From IMG/VR virus record IMGVR_UViG_3300029922_000001, positions 372,001-436,000 of that record: DNA of 64,000 nt. One strand, given 5' to 3'. The stretch's first letter is position 1; each line of letters begins with the position of its first letter. Below are positions 19,049 to 28,371 of the stretch, one piece after another. Position numbers and translations under genes: made by a program. The notes under the pieces were generated by a model. It searched no databases and was not told the DNA's origin. It saw only the letters and a list, made by a program, of their open reading frames with translations.

Positions 19049-19659
19049 TGAAAACCACCAAATATATCCAAGACCTTAGCGAAAAAATTACTAAGAATAA
19101 TAAATCTTTCGCTAAAATGACCCCTGCACAACGTAGAGTTGCTGTAGCTAAGGATACACTTAAAGCTATTCAAGTTGGATTTATAAATCCAATAGTAGGA
19201 TCATATGTCCTTGCGGATTATAATTTTAATAAAGTTCAGTTTGGGGAAGATATGCAAACTATCCTTCTTGAGCTTCCTTACTGTAATTGTTGTGCTAAAG
19301 GTGCTTTATTCGTTGTAAAAGTTGCAAAGTTCAACCATTGTAAAGTGGACCAAAATCTGAAAGAGGATTTTTCAGATAGTGGAATTATTGGGGATGATGG
19401 ACTTGTCTCAAGTTTGGATGGTGTCTTTACTAGGCGACAACTTAATATAATCGAAAATGCTTTTGAAGCTAAATATCTTAACGGTAGTTTTAAAAATAAA
19501 GTATTCTATAAAGCAAGCTTTTTATATGAACATCTTGAACCAAAAGATCGACTTATTGCTATCTGTGAAAACATTATTAAAAATGATGGTGATTTCCATG
19601 TTCGACTTACTGGTAATGCCTTGAAACGATATAATGAGAAACAGCATAATGAAAACTAA
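19048..19659 (+). CDS. hypothetical protein
   Basis: CNCCAKG motif; TTGACA-16-TACACT promoter with ATG 6 nt later. Confidence 0.75.
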   Translation: MKTTKYIQDLSEKITKNNKSFAKMTPAQRRVAVAKDTLKAIQVGFINPIVGSYVLADYNFNKVQFGEDMQTILLELPYCNCCAKGALFVVKVAKFNHCKVDQNLKEDFSDSGIIGDDGLVSSLDGVFTRRQLNIIENAFEAKYLNGSFKNKVFYKASFLYEHLEPKDRLIAICENIIKNDGDFHVRLTGNALKRYNEKQHNEN

Positions 19660-20161
19660 TCCTAATCTACAGAAAACCCCAACAGTCAAAATTAATCGTG
19701 CTAAATGGAGAACAGGCTTTACAGGACAAAACCATGTCCTAGAAGACCTTTTTGGCACTACTAGCCTTGTTACAGAAAAAGGCTATATGTGTTGCCTTGG
19801 ATTTGCATGTAAGCAATTAATGCCATCATTGACTCATAAAATCATTAATGATGCTACAGAACCAGCAGAAATCGCTTTTCCACTTCCTGGTAAAAGATAT
19901 AAGAATCTTCCACTCTTTGCGGATTTTAAAGATAATAATTATAGATATTCAGATGATGAAAGTAAGTATTCGATTATTAAGAAATCTTGGATTGATGATG
20001 CCATTCGAATCAATGATAGTGCAGCTAAATCAATCGAAGCAAAAGAATTTCAACTTACTCAACTGTTTAAGGAAAATGGAATCACACTCGAATTTGTAGG
20101 AGACTACACAAAGAAACAAATTAAGGCTTTTGAACAAGCTGGGATAAAATTAAATGACTAA
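19649..20161 (+). CDS. CCLG-family paralog 1
   Basis: INRAKWRTG...GYMCCLGFACKQL...WI..AIRIND...LFKENGI. Confidence 0.8.
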   Translation: MKTNPNLQKTPTVKINRAKWRTGFTGQNHVLEDLFGTTSLVTEKGYMCCLGFACKQLMPSLTHKIINDATEPAEIAFPLPGKRYKNLPLFADFKDNNYRYSDDESKYSIIKKSWIDDAIRINDSAAKSIEAKEFQLTQLFKENGITLEFVGDYTKKQIKAFEQAGIKLND

Positions 20162-20615
20162 AGTTACAATTAATCGTGCTAGATGGAGAATGGGTGGAGA
20201 CGCTAAATCACTAGCTTATGCATTCGGTAGAACCGCTCTAGCTACAGAAAAAGGATATAAGTGCTGCCTTGGATTTGCCGCAAATCAACTGTTTCCATCT
20301 ATTTCAGTAAAACACTTGAAAACTTGTGATATGCCATATAAAATTGACTTTCCTTCGTCACCAGGAAGATATAAAAATATTGAACTAATGTTTGATCTTT
20401 ATGATGAAGGTAATGCAGTTATGGAAAAGAACTGGATTGCAGAAGCAGTTGAAATTAATGATCAACTGGATTTGACATTGCCAGAAAAAGAACAAAAACT
20501 TATTAACTTGTTTAAAGAAAATGATATTGATCTTGAATTTGTTGGCAATTATACGAAAATTCAATTACAAGCACTATACGAAAATTCAATTACAAGCACT
20601 AAAAGAATAGGATAG
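20154..20615 (+). CDS. CCLG-family paralog 2
   Basis: Same motif set; C-terminus altered by a 25-bp duplication. Confidence 0.8.
   Translation: MTKVTINRARWRMGGDAKSLAYAFGRTALATEKGYKCCLGFAANQLFPSISVKHLKTCDMPYKIDFPSSPGRYKNIELMFDLYDEGNAVMEKNWIAEAVEINDQLDLTLPEKEQKLINLFKENDIDLEFVGNYTKIQLQALYENSITSTKRIG
20551..20600 (+). repeat. 25-bp perfect tandem duplication
   Basis: ATACGAAAATTCAATTACAAGCACT x2. Confidence 0.9.
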
Positions 20616-20645
20616 GATAGGATAGGATAGGATAGGATAGGATAG
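20611..20645 (+). repeat. (GATAG)7 microsatellite
   Basis: Direct reading. Confidence 0.95.
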
Positions 20646-21083
20646 CAAAAAAAACAAGAGAAGAGATAATCCCCAATAAGGGGATTCGAGGTATACTCTG
20701 AACATGATAACCGATCTTAAAAACCTTCCTAATATTGAACTTCTGCATATCGCTAAAGAACCTATCGAAGATGCGAAAATGGAAGTTAAACTGTTGGTGG
20801 GTCCAGAAAAGGGCAATACAGTAATTGGACAATTCTGTTCCTTTAAAGGAATTAAGGAAAGAAAAAAATGAAAAATCCACAATCAACCGTTTTTACCAAA
20901 GACTATAATAGAGAAGTTGTCTATGTCTATATCAATAATAAACAATTCTGCTTCTTCGCTGAAGAAGGAAATCTTAGCAAGAATGAAGCCAATGCAGATA
21001 AATTGATTGATCTACTTAAACAAGCAGATAGTCAATCGTTTCGATAAAATCCCCAACAATCAAATTTAAGGTATACTCTAATC

Positions 21084-21605
21084 ATGAATACAAAACCAAT
21101 CCCTACAACTCCTACAGTAACAATTAATAGAACAAAATGGAGAACAGGAGGATGTTATCTAGATGAAATCTTTGGAGATACTGCACTACTTACAACGAAA
21201 GGACATATGTGCTGCCTTGGATTTGCTTGTAAACAGTTGATGCCAGAAATTAAAGAAAAAGATATCCAAGATGTCGGAACACCAGAAGATATTAACTTCG
21301 ATTATAAAAATGTGACCAAATATCGAAATAGTAAACTACTGTTTGATTTTGTTACAGGTACATCAATGGGATATTGTGATAGCAGAATTCGACCACATGA
21401 TAAACTCTGGATCACAGAGGCTTTTCTAATTAATGATAATGATTCCATTACTCAGAAAATGAGAGAACAAATGCTTACCGATCTGTTCCTGAAAAATGGT
21501 ATCAATCTTGTCTTTAAAGGCGACTATACAAAGAAACAAATTAAAGCTTTTACAGAAGCAAAGAAACAAATTAAAGCTTTTACAGAAGCAGGGATTAAAG
21601 TTTAA
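21084..21605 (+). CDS. CCLG-family paralog 3
   Basis: Same motif set; 30-bp duplication at 21531-21590 gives KKQIKAFTEA x2. Confidence 0.8.
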   Translation: MNTKPIPTTPTVTINRTKWRTGGCYLDEIFGDTALLTTKGHMCCLGFACKQLMPEIKEKDIQDVGTPEDINFDYKNVTKYRNSKLLFDFVTGTSMGYCDSRIRPHDKLWITEAFLINDNDSITQKMREQMLTDLFLKNGINLVFKGDYTKKQIKAFTEAKKQIKAFTEAGIKV

Positions 21606-22085
21606 ATGGATATAACTCCTATAACTCCTAATACTCCTAATACTCCTAATACTCCTAATACTCCTAATACTCCTACAGTGACAATTGATAGACCTAAGTG
21701 GAGAACAGGAGGGGTACGGAATTCTTACAACTTCGGTCCTACATGTCTTAGAAATCATAAAGGATTGAAATGCTGTCTTGGATTTGCTACAGAACAACTA
21801 CTACCATCGTTGTCACATAAACTAAACGAATATGTGACAATACCATCTAGAATTACTTTTCCAGAAGATTATAAACAACTTGAATTTATTAATCTCTTGG
21901 TTGATGTAGAAGATACAGGAAGGTCATTGAATTGGGTTTCGGAAGCTGTTAACATTAATGATAGTAAACTAATTACACTAGAGAAGAAAGAAGAAATGCT
22001 GACTAAACTCTTTGGAGAAAATGGTATCAATCTCGTGTTCACTGGAAAATATACTCCAGAACAAGAACAAATAAAAGCGTGTTAA
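21606..22085 (+). CDS. CCLG-family paralog 4
   Basis: Same motif set; N-terminal (I/N)TP repeats. Confidence 0.8.
   Translation: MDITPITPNTPNTPNTPNTPNTPTVTIDRPKWRTGGVRNSYNFGPTCLRNHKGLKCCLGFATEQLLPSLSHKLNEYVTIPSRITFPEDYKQLEFINLLVDVEDTGRSLNWVSEAVNINDSKLITLEKKEEMLTKLFGENGINLVFTGKYTPEQEQIKAC
21612..21675 (+). repeat. 9-bp tandem array (ACTCCTAAT-type)
   Basis: About 7 units, in frame. Confidence 0.9.
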
Positions 22086-22670
22086 GTAGAATAGAGTAGG
22101 AGTAAATGAAAACAAAAGCATAAATGATAGAAGATGCAAAATTTGGACTGATTATAGCAGTGGTTATCGCTGTTATTCTTTTTATTTTTGCAAACTAAAG
22201 AAAAGGAAATAGAATGATTATGACAACAACAGAATCTTGGGTTAATGCATGGGTTGATAAAGAACTAGCAATCATGATTGCAGAAATCGAAAGAATTGAA
22301 AACTATTACTATAAACATATTCGAAGACATGTTAGAGTTAGACCTGATTCAAAATTTCGATGTAAACTTAAAGTGAATCCTTATCAATTTAATGATCAAG
22401 ATGAATTTAAAAGACAATTGGAATATAGATTCGCTAGACCTAATAAAGTCAATATCGAAATTGATAAAGAATATGAGGGTCCGTGGTGGGTCTATGTGAA
22501 ACCAAATATTCCTGAGAAAACTACTGTGGAAAAAATGATCGAAGAACTGGATGCACTAACTGTAAAGAATGCAGATTGGAGAAAATGGTATCAATCTCGT
22601 GTTCACTAGAAAATATACTCCAGAACAAATAAAAGCGTGTTAAGTAGAGTAAAGTAGAATAGAGTAGGAG
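22012..22670 (+). repeat. ~90-bp imperfect direct repeats (22012-22103 and 22576-22670) flanking ORF 22214-22609
   Basis: TTGGAGAAAATGGTATCAATCTCGTGTTCACT...GCGTGTTAAGTAGA in both copies. Confidence 0.85.
22214..22609 (+). CDS. hypothetical protein
   Basis: ORF track; upstream AAGGA. Confidence 0.7.
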   Translation: MIMTTTESWVNAWVDKELAIMIAEIERIENYYYKHIRRHVRVRPDSKFRCKLKVNPYQFNDQDEFKRQLEYRFARPNKVNIEIDKEYEGPWWVYVKPNIPEKTTVEKMIEELDALTVKNADWRKWYQSRVH

Positions 22671-22727
22671 TTTTCAGAGTATTAGGAGTTTTCAGAGTAT
22701 TAGGAGTTTTCAGAGTATTAGGAGTAT
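22665..22727 (+). repeat. 18-bp tandem repeat x3 (TAGGAGTTTTCAGAGTAT)
   Basis: Contains the reverse complement of ACTCCTA. Confidence 0.9.
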
Positions 22728-22773
22728 TTACTAGGTCTTTAGGAAATCTAGTAAGCGAGATAGTATAATTATT

Positions 22774-23094
22774 ATGATGACCGCCAATACAACCAATACA
22801 ACCAACACTATTAATATTGATGACTTCATAGGACAACAAGCACTGAAAGCTAAAGCTAAACAAGAACTTGAAGTGCAAATGAAAATGAATAAGATTATTC
22901 AACATGTTGATAAATACATGGATAGGTATATTAAAGAATATCCTATGAATCCTTACTTCCGATTGCAAACACCAATCAGTGATCAAGGATTCTATCAAGT
23001 TATTCAATGGAACCAATTTGATAATGTGGCATTTACTGATGAACTACATGAAATGATTAATTCAGAAAATGGAGAAGATCAAGAAGACTCCTAG
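22774..23094 (+). CDS. hypothetical protein
   Basis: ATG after AGTATAAT; NTT repeats. Confidence 0.65.
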   Translation: MMTANTTNTTNTINIDDFIGQQALKAKAKQELEVQMKMNKIIQHVDKYMDRYIKEYPMNPYFRLQTPISDQGFYQVIQWNQFDNVAFTDELHEMINSENGEDQEDS

Positions 23095-23190
23095 AACTCC
23101 TAGAACTCCTAGAACTCTTAGAACTCCTAAAACTTTCTGGGAAAATCCTGGGCGAATCTGGGAATTTCATGGGAAAAACATGGGAATAAA
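23087..23190 (+). repeat. ACTCCTAGA x5 followed by five phased TGGG(A/C) units
   Basis: TGGG at 23138, 23149, 23159, 23170 and 23181. Confidence 0.85.
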
Positions 23191-23663
23191 GTTGATATAA
23201 AATTCAACTCCGAGACGTTGAAGTTTATATAATTTTATAGATTTGCTGAGAATGTATTAAAAATAGTATTAATTTAAGCTTGAGTGATCTAAAAAATGAT
23301 ATTACTGATATGAACTAAGATAATAAATTTTTTGAAATTAAGGTATCAAGAGAATATAACTGCGAAAACGTTGTTTTTTCAAAAAATGAGAGAAAGTTTT
23401 CAAAAATAACTTTAATAGATGCTACCGGAGCAATTTTAATGTAATTTTTTGAATTGACTATATAAAAATGAACTTGTTACTGTTAAAGTTTTTCAAAAAA
23501 CAATATTGAATTTCGAAAGACTGGATAAGGTTTTTGAGAGGTTGTTTTTATATAAACTTTGTAAGTTTTTTGGAGTTCTTGGGTACTTTTCGTGTTCACC
23601 GTAAAAAATTAAAAAACACACGATGGTCTGATATCGAAAGTATTAATCTGTATAAAGTAGAAT

Positions 23664-24146
23664 ATGGCAATAACTGATACAGTAGAATCACTTTCACAAC
23701 AATTGCAGGACTTAAAAAATGAGATGGCTCAGCAAATTGGCACAATAAGTGGTAATCAGCAAAATGCTATTAATTCTGCCATTAGTGTTTATGTTACTGA
23801 TTTACAAAATGCAATAGATACTCATGTTGCTGAAATTGCCGCTTTAAATTCCGCTCATGCTGCTGAGATATCAAAGTTAAAATCAGACTATGATAAAGAG
23901 ATATCCTTAATAGAATCATTACGTTGTGAGGAACGTAATGCGCTTCAGACTACGTATAATAATATGGTCATTCAGAAAGACGCAGCGAAAGCGAATGTTG
24001 AATTTACGTTAGGAACTCAAATAGATAATTTAAAGAACAGTGTTATTGAGTTAAGTAATTCGGTCACAAAATTAAATAATGTTATCAAGGGTAAAGATTC
24101 GAAAATCATTGAGTTATTGAACGCATCTAAGGTAAATCTTAGTTGA
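23664..24146 (+). CDS. coiled-coil protein
   Basis: Heptad-like, helix-rich composition. Confidence 0.75.
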   Translation: MAITDTVESLSQQLQDLKNEMAQQIGTISGNQQNAINSAISVYVTDLQNAIDTHVAEIAALNSAHAAEISKLKSDYDKEISLIESLRCEERNALQTTYNNMVIQKDAAKANVEFTLGTQIDNLKNSVIELSNSVTKLNNVIKGKDSKIIELLNASKVNLS

Positions 24147-24162
24147 TTGAACCTATAATAGA

Positions 24163-24510
24163 TTGATGATGTTAACAGACTTCGGAGTTTTCCCCACCTT
24201 ACAAATCCTTGAAGGTGTATGGCTAGAATTACGAAATTCGAAAGGAGTTACTAAATTATATCCTCTTTTAGAGGACGAATTAATATCCTCAGATTACACA
24301 GCACTAGATCCAATAGTATTACATCCTGGTAAATATTGGATAACGATATTCAATGACAGTACACCTATTGTTAATGATATCTTATCTATTGATGTTGAGT
24401 GCATATTGTTTAATTACAAGATAGATTATCAAAAAGATCGTGAAGTAACTTTAAGTAAGAGTTTATTTATAGGTACTGAGGAAGAGTGGTATTGCGAAAT
24501 GGAGATTTAA
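24163..24510 (+). CDS. hypothetical protein
   Basis: ORF track. Confidence 0.65.
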   Translation: MMMLTDFGVFPTLQILEGVWLELRNSKGVTKLYPLLEDELISSDYTALDPIVLHPGKYWITIFNDSTPIVNDILSIDVECILFNYKIDYQKDREVTLSKSLFIGTEEEWYCEMEI

Positions 24511-25145
24511 GTTTGGGTAGTTTTCAATTACATTCAGAGATTAGTAAATCTTTTGTAAATGGTCCAACTGAGAGTGGTCGTTATGTATTCTGGGTACAGG
24601 GTTGTCCCTTTGCGTGTCCTGGTTGTTTCAATCCTAGTACTTGGGCATTTACTGGTGGTTATTTAAAGACAGTAGAAGAGTTAGTAAAAGATATATTAGC
24701 GAGTGGTTGTGATGGTTTAACTATTAGTGGTGGTGAGCCATTATTACAGCGAGAGGCGTTATTGGAATTAATAATTCAATTAGAGCCATATGTATTACAA
24801 GGAATATTAAAATACGGAATTATTTGTTATAGTGGTTTTGAGATCGAAGAGGTTGAGAAATTCGAAAGATCGGAAGAACTACTAGGACTGCTTGATGTTT
24901 TAATTGACGGGAAATTTGTAGAAAATTTAAAGACAGTAGATTCTATAGCTGGAAGTTCTAATCAACGATTTCATTTTTCGAAAAAGGAAGATAGGGGTAA
25001 TTGTATTATTACTTTATCTGACATAGAAGAAATTGATAAAGGTGTTGAAATTCATTCTAGTTCTTTAGAAAAAACTGTACAAATAACAGGCTTCCCCAAT
25101 ATAGACCGCAGATTTTTAAAGTCAATAGGTTTAACAGTGAAGTAA
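24486..25145 (+). CDS. radical SAM protein, NrdG-activase-like
   Basis: GCPFACPGCFNP; ISGGEPLLQ; DVLIDGKF; GSSNQR. Confidence 0.85.
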   Translation: MVLRNGDLSLGSFQLHSEISKSFVNGPTESGRYVFWVQGCPFACPGCFNPSTWAFTGGYLKTVEELVKDILASGCDGLTISGGEPLLQREALLELIIQLEPYVLQGILKYGIICYSGFEIEEVEKFERSEELLGLLDVLIDGKFVENLKTVDSIAGSSNQRFHFSKKEDRGNCIITLSDIEEIDKGVEIHSSSLEKTVQITGFPNIDRRFLKSIGLTVK

Positions 25146-25153
25146 GGAAAATA

Positions 25154-26047
25154 ATGAAAAATAATTCAAAGATACGTGGTATCATAAAATCCGAAGGGGA
25201 TCAAGCCCCTTATCAAGTAAAGGGTTTCCCTACTAGTTACAGCAATCACATTCCAGGTGCTAATGTTTTAGCGACGATGAAAGATATAGAAGTATGGTAT
25301 CATTTCATTCGTTGGTATGATCATCCAAATGGTCAAATTGCTTTACAATACTTAGTTCAAAAGTATGATCGTTTTTTTCACAAGACTGCTCACAAGTTAA
25401 GTCATTCTAATCCCCATGAATTTGAGTATGCGGATTTCGTAGGTTTTGCAAGTCAGGGATTTTTATATGCTCTTTTAACTTACGATTTCGAAACAGGAAT
25501 TGAGAAGGGTAGTAGTTTAAACACATGGATTCATAGCAACGCTTATCCATTTGCAAACAACCAGCGTTATTCAGCCAGGATGGTAAGTTCCAATTCTCAT
25601 TTACGTCAAGACATTAAATATGCTGCTGGTGGTTATGATAGTGATCCTGAGAAGAAAGAGTTATTTGAGCGTCAGCGCAATTGGGTAAATGACAGTGACA
25701 TTGCATTAGCTTTACAGCGTGTAAAGTTATTAGATTCTCCAGCTATGTTTTCTGATTTAATGGATAATGATGATGAAGAGTCCCATGAATTATTAATTGA
25801 AGATCCAAACGTTTTAAATGAGGAACAATTAACATTGCGGATTTTGATTAATAACATGAAAGAAACATTTTCAGATGTTGAGCGTAAGATATTCGAATAT
25901 CATTTTGAGCAAGAGATGAATGCTCAAGAGGTAGCATCAGAGTTATCTTTAGATTATCGCAAGACATTAAATTTGATTCGCAAGATCAAAGAGAAGAGTG
26001 TTGCATATTACAATCAGAGTGAACAAGAGTTAGCATTGGTTGTATAA
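25154..26047 (+). CDS. RNA polymerase sigma factor (group 3-like, divergent)
   Basis: Region 2-like YLVQKY...D.VG.ASQGFLYAL.TYDFE.G...TWI; region 4 HTH FSDVERKIF...EMNAQEVASELSL. Confidence 0.75.
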   Translation: MKNNSKIRGIIKSEGDQAPYQVKGFPTSYSNHIPGANVLATMKDIEVWYHFIRWYDHPNGQIALQYLVQKYDRFFHKTAHKLSHSNPHEFEYADFVGFASQGFLYALLTYDFETGIEKGSSLNTWIHSNAYPFANNQRYSARMVSSNSHLRQDIKYAAGGYDSDPEKKELFERQRNWVNDSDIALALQRVKLLDSPAMFSDLMDNDDEESHELLIEDPNVLNEEQLTLRILINNMKETFSDVERKIFEYHFEQEMNAQEVASELSLDYRKTLNLIRKIKEKSVAYYNQSEQELALVV

Positions 26048-26071
26048 TCAGATTAGGGAAAATAGGAGATT

Positions 26072-26341
26072 ATGTTACTCAAGAAAGAGATTAAGAATCT
26101 ATATGAATATACTGCTGTGTGCAATGATGAAACCACAGCAGTAGATTTCGAAAACTTTTTAAAGTCATTAGACACTAAGTATTATTTTCGTCAAGGTCAA
26201 AATGTATATTTCATTTGTTCTAAGATGGAAGGATTACAAATAGCTAAACCTTTTATAAAAGAGTTATTAAATAAAAGTAAACTTCTAGAAAGTGAAAATT
26301 CGAAAGAATCGAAAGATAAAGTCATTGAAGATACGGTATAA
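26072..26341 (+). CDS. hypothetical protein
   Basis: SD AGGAG upstream. Confidence 0.7.
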   Translation: MLLKKEIKNLYEYTAVCNDETTAVDFENFLKSLDTKYYFRQGQNVYFICSKMEGLQIAKPFIKELLNKSKLLESENSKESKDKVIEDTV

Positions 26342-26350
26342 TAGGTTTGT

Positions 26351-26713
26351 ATGTTAGTAGCAGATCCCCACGTTAAAGTAAGACCAGGAATTGAGGATTT
26401 TGAAAATACTCCAAGCGGCTTTGATAGTTTGTTTGGTCCATCATTTCCCAACCATGTATATTTGATTGAGTACCCTGGCAATTTATATGCATTATATTTC
26501 CATAAGGGTGATCGTGGTATAGCTTGCTTTTCGTCAGAAGGTCGTGCTATAATGTACATGGATCACTTAGTTGGGGATGTTCCACCTGGGAGTAAGGTCA
26601 CTAAATTAACATTAGATGATGCTTTAGATAAAGCTAAAGCTAAGGGCGATCCAATTGTTGGTATTTTCTTATTAGATAATATTGACAATCCTCAAATTCA
26701 GTATGTAGTTTAA
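26351..26713 (+). CDS. hypothetical protein (paralog of 56571-56930)
   Basis: Shared P.GF...LY...G.A.F...A...A.A....I..IFL...(Q/H)(Y/F)V pattern. Confidence 0.7.
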   Translation: MLVADPHVKVRPGIEDFENTPSGFDSLFGPSFPNHVYLIEYPGNLYALYFHKGDRGIACFSSEGRAIMYMDHLVGDVPPGSKVTKLTLDDALDKAKAKGDPIVGIFLLDNIDNPQIQYVV

Positions 26714-26755
26714 CTCACTACTGAATTATAATAAGATACGGAGAAAAATAAAAAC

Positions 26756-27259
26756 ATGAATAAATTAAGTCTCGTTGCAATCGCTACACTCGCGTTGTCA
26801 GCTATGGGTTTTGCCCAAACAACAACCCAAACCACAACAACCACAACAAAGGTTGTCACGACCACAACAAATGCTAAGCCAACTGTTTATGTTGCTAAGT
26901 CAAATCAACAAGTCAAGGAACAGTCTATTGCTGTTACCACTAATTCTAATGGAATTAGTCTAACCTATCTTCATGATGGTTATCAAGGTATGGTTGGTGT
27001 AACTGGTCAAGTTACACAATTGCTTCCTCGTTTGAGCCTAGATGCTCTAGTTGTTACTCCATTGGTTAAGACAGGTACTACAAGTCAAGCTTGGGTTGGT
27101 GGTGCTTTACAGTACGATCTTTTAGGCAAGCCTCTAAGTGGTTGGTCAGTTAATCTACTTGGTGGATATAAGGGTTGGGACGTTACTCAGCCATTCTCAG
27201 CGCAAACTCTTAAATTCCAGAACTTTGTTGTTGGATTCACAGTAGGACGCCAGTTCTAA
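26756..27259 (+). CDS. secreted, probable outer-membrane beta-strand protein
   Basis: Signal peptide (SAMGFA-Q), Thr-rich linker, alternating beta strands, terminal Phe (VGFTVGRQF). Confidence 0.65.
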   Translation: MNKLSLVAIATLALSAMGFAQTTTQTTTTTTKVVTTTTNAKPTVYVAKSNQQVKEQSIAVTTNSNGISLTYLHDGYQGMVGVTGQVTQLLPRLSLDALVVTPLVKTGTTSQAWVGGALQYDLLGKPLSGWSVNLLGGYKGWDVTQPFSAQTLKFQNFVVGFTVGRQF

Positions 27260-27322
27260 GAACTCTTAGAGTTCTAATTTAGATTTTCGAAAATCGAAAG
27301 ATTTAGAAATTCGAAAATTCGA

Positions 27323-27362
27323 AAAGACCCTAACTAGGATTATCTAGTTAGGGTCTTTGTGT
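27323..27362 (+). terminator. intrinsic terminator
   Basis: AAAGACCCTAACTAG/CTAGTTAGGGTCTTT. Confidence 0.85.
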
Positions 27363-27374
27363 TTATAATAGAGT

Positions 27375-27983
27375 ATGAATGATATTGGTATTTTACCTGG
27401 AAGTATTGAAGAAAAATTTTGTCATTATATGACAACTCTTAATGGACGTGTATTTTTAGCTCAATCATTTTGTAAACGAATTAATGAAGCAATGGAGCCT
27501 TATTTAAAAGCATTAGATTGTATATTAGGTAATACTCATTTTGAGTATGCCACTAATGCAGATAGAGGTAAAGTTCTTCCATTAGTAGAAATTGCTTGTT
27601 ATCCCACAGTTAAATTTGATGATAAAGAGAACTGGGTAAAGCTTTGGAATAATCATGGTGTAGAAAGAGTTAAGAATTCTTTATTAAGACAATTATTAGC
27701 TAAGTTTACTGAAGCTGCAAATAAAGCTGGTTATGAAATTAATTTTTCAGATGCGGAAACTATCACTACTGATGAAATTGTCAAAAATTCACAATTAGGA
27801 ATGAGTGGTAAAATCCACATTAATGAAATTACTTGTTTACCTGCTGATTCTCAAGGTGGAATTAAAGAACATTACAATGATGAAACAGGTGAATTAATAT
27901 GGCGTAGTGAAACCCCACGTCCTGCAACATTAGGTCATGTTAATTATTTTGAGGTTGGAATTATTATAGAGGATAAAAAATAA
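27375..27983 (+). CDS. hypothetical protein
   Basis: 202 aa; ATG shortly after TATAAT. Confidence 0.75.
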   Translation: MNDIGILPGSIEEKFCHYMTTLNGRVFLAQSFCKRINEAMEPYLKALDCILGNTHFEYATNADRGKVLPLVEIACYPTVKFDDKENWVKLWNNHGVERVKNSLLRQLLAKFTEAANKAGYEINFSDAETITTDEIVKNSQLGMSGKIHINEITCLPADSQGGIKEHYNDETGELIWRSETPRPATLGHVNYFEVGIIIEDKK

Positions 27984-28276
27984 TGGAATTATTTGGATTT
28001 TTAGCTAGAAAGAATAGATGGTCAAAAGAAACATTTCCAACAGTTACTGTTGATGGTGTTCTCAATCATATTGTAGAAGAGATAAAAGAGATTAAAGCTA
28101 AACCTGATGACTTAGAAGAATGGATTGATTTAATACTATTAGCATTTGATGGAGTACATAGGGCAGGTTTCACGCCTCATGAGTTAATTAAAATGTTAGA
28201 GTATAAGCAAGATAAGAACACTAAGCGCAATTGGAATGCGGTTAATTCAGAAGGTTATCATAAACACGTTGAGTAA
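27983..28276 (+). CDS. MazG-like dATP/dGTP pyrophosphohydrolase (DUF550-like)
   Basis: NHIVEEIKEI...DLEEWIDLILLAFDG.HRAG. Confidence 0.75.
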   Translation: MELFGFLARKNRWSKETFPTVTVDGVLNHIVEEIKEIKAKPDDLEEWIDLILLAFDGVHRAGFTPHELIKMLEYKQDKNTKRNWNAVNSEGYHKHVE

Positions 28277-28371
28277 TAAGTGTATAGATAAAATCATTTA
28301 GGGGAAATGGGGAAACTCATTCATCTTCATCCCTTTCCGACCATCCCAGAATACTAATAGCTAGAGCTTCC

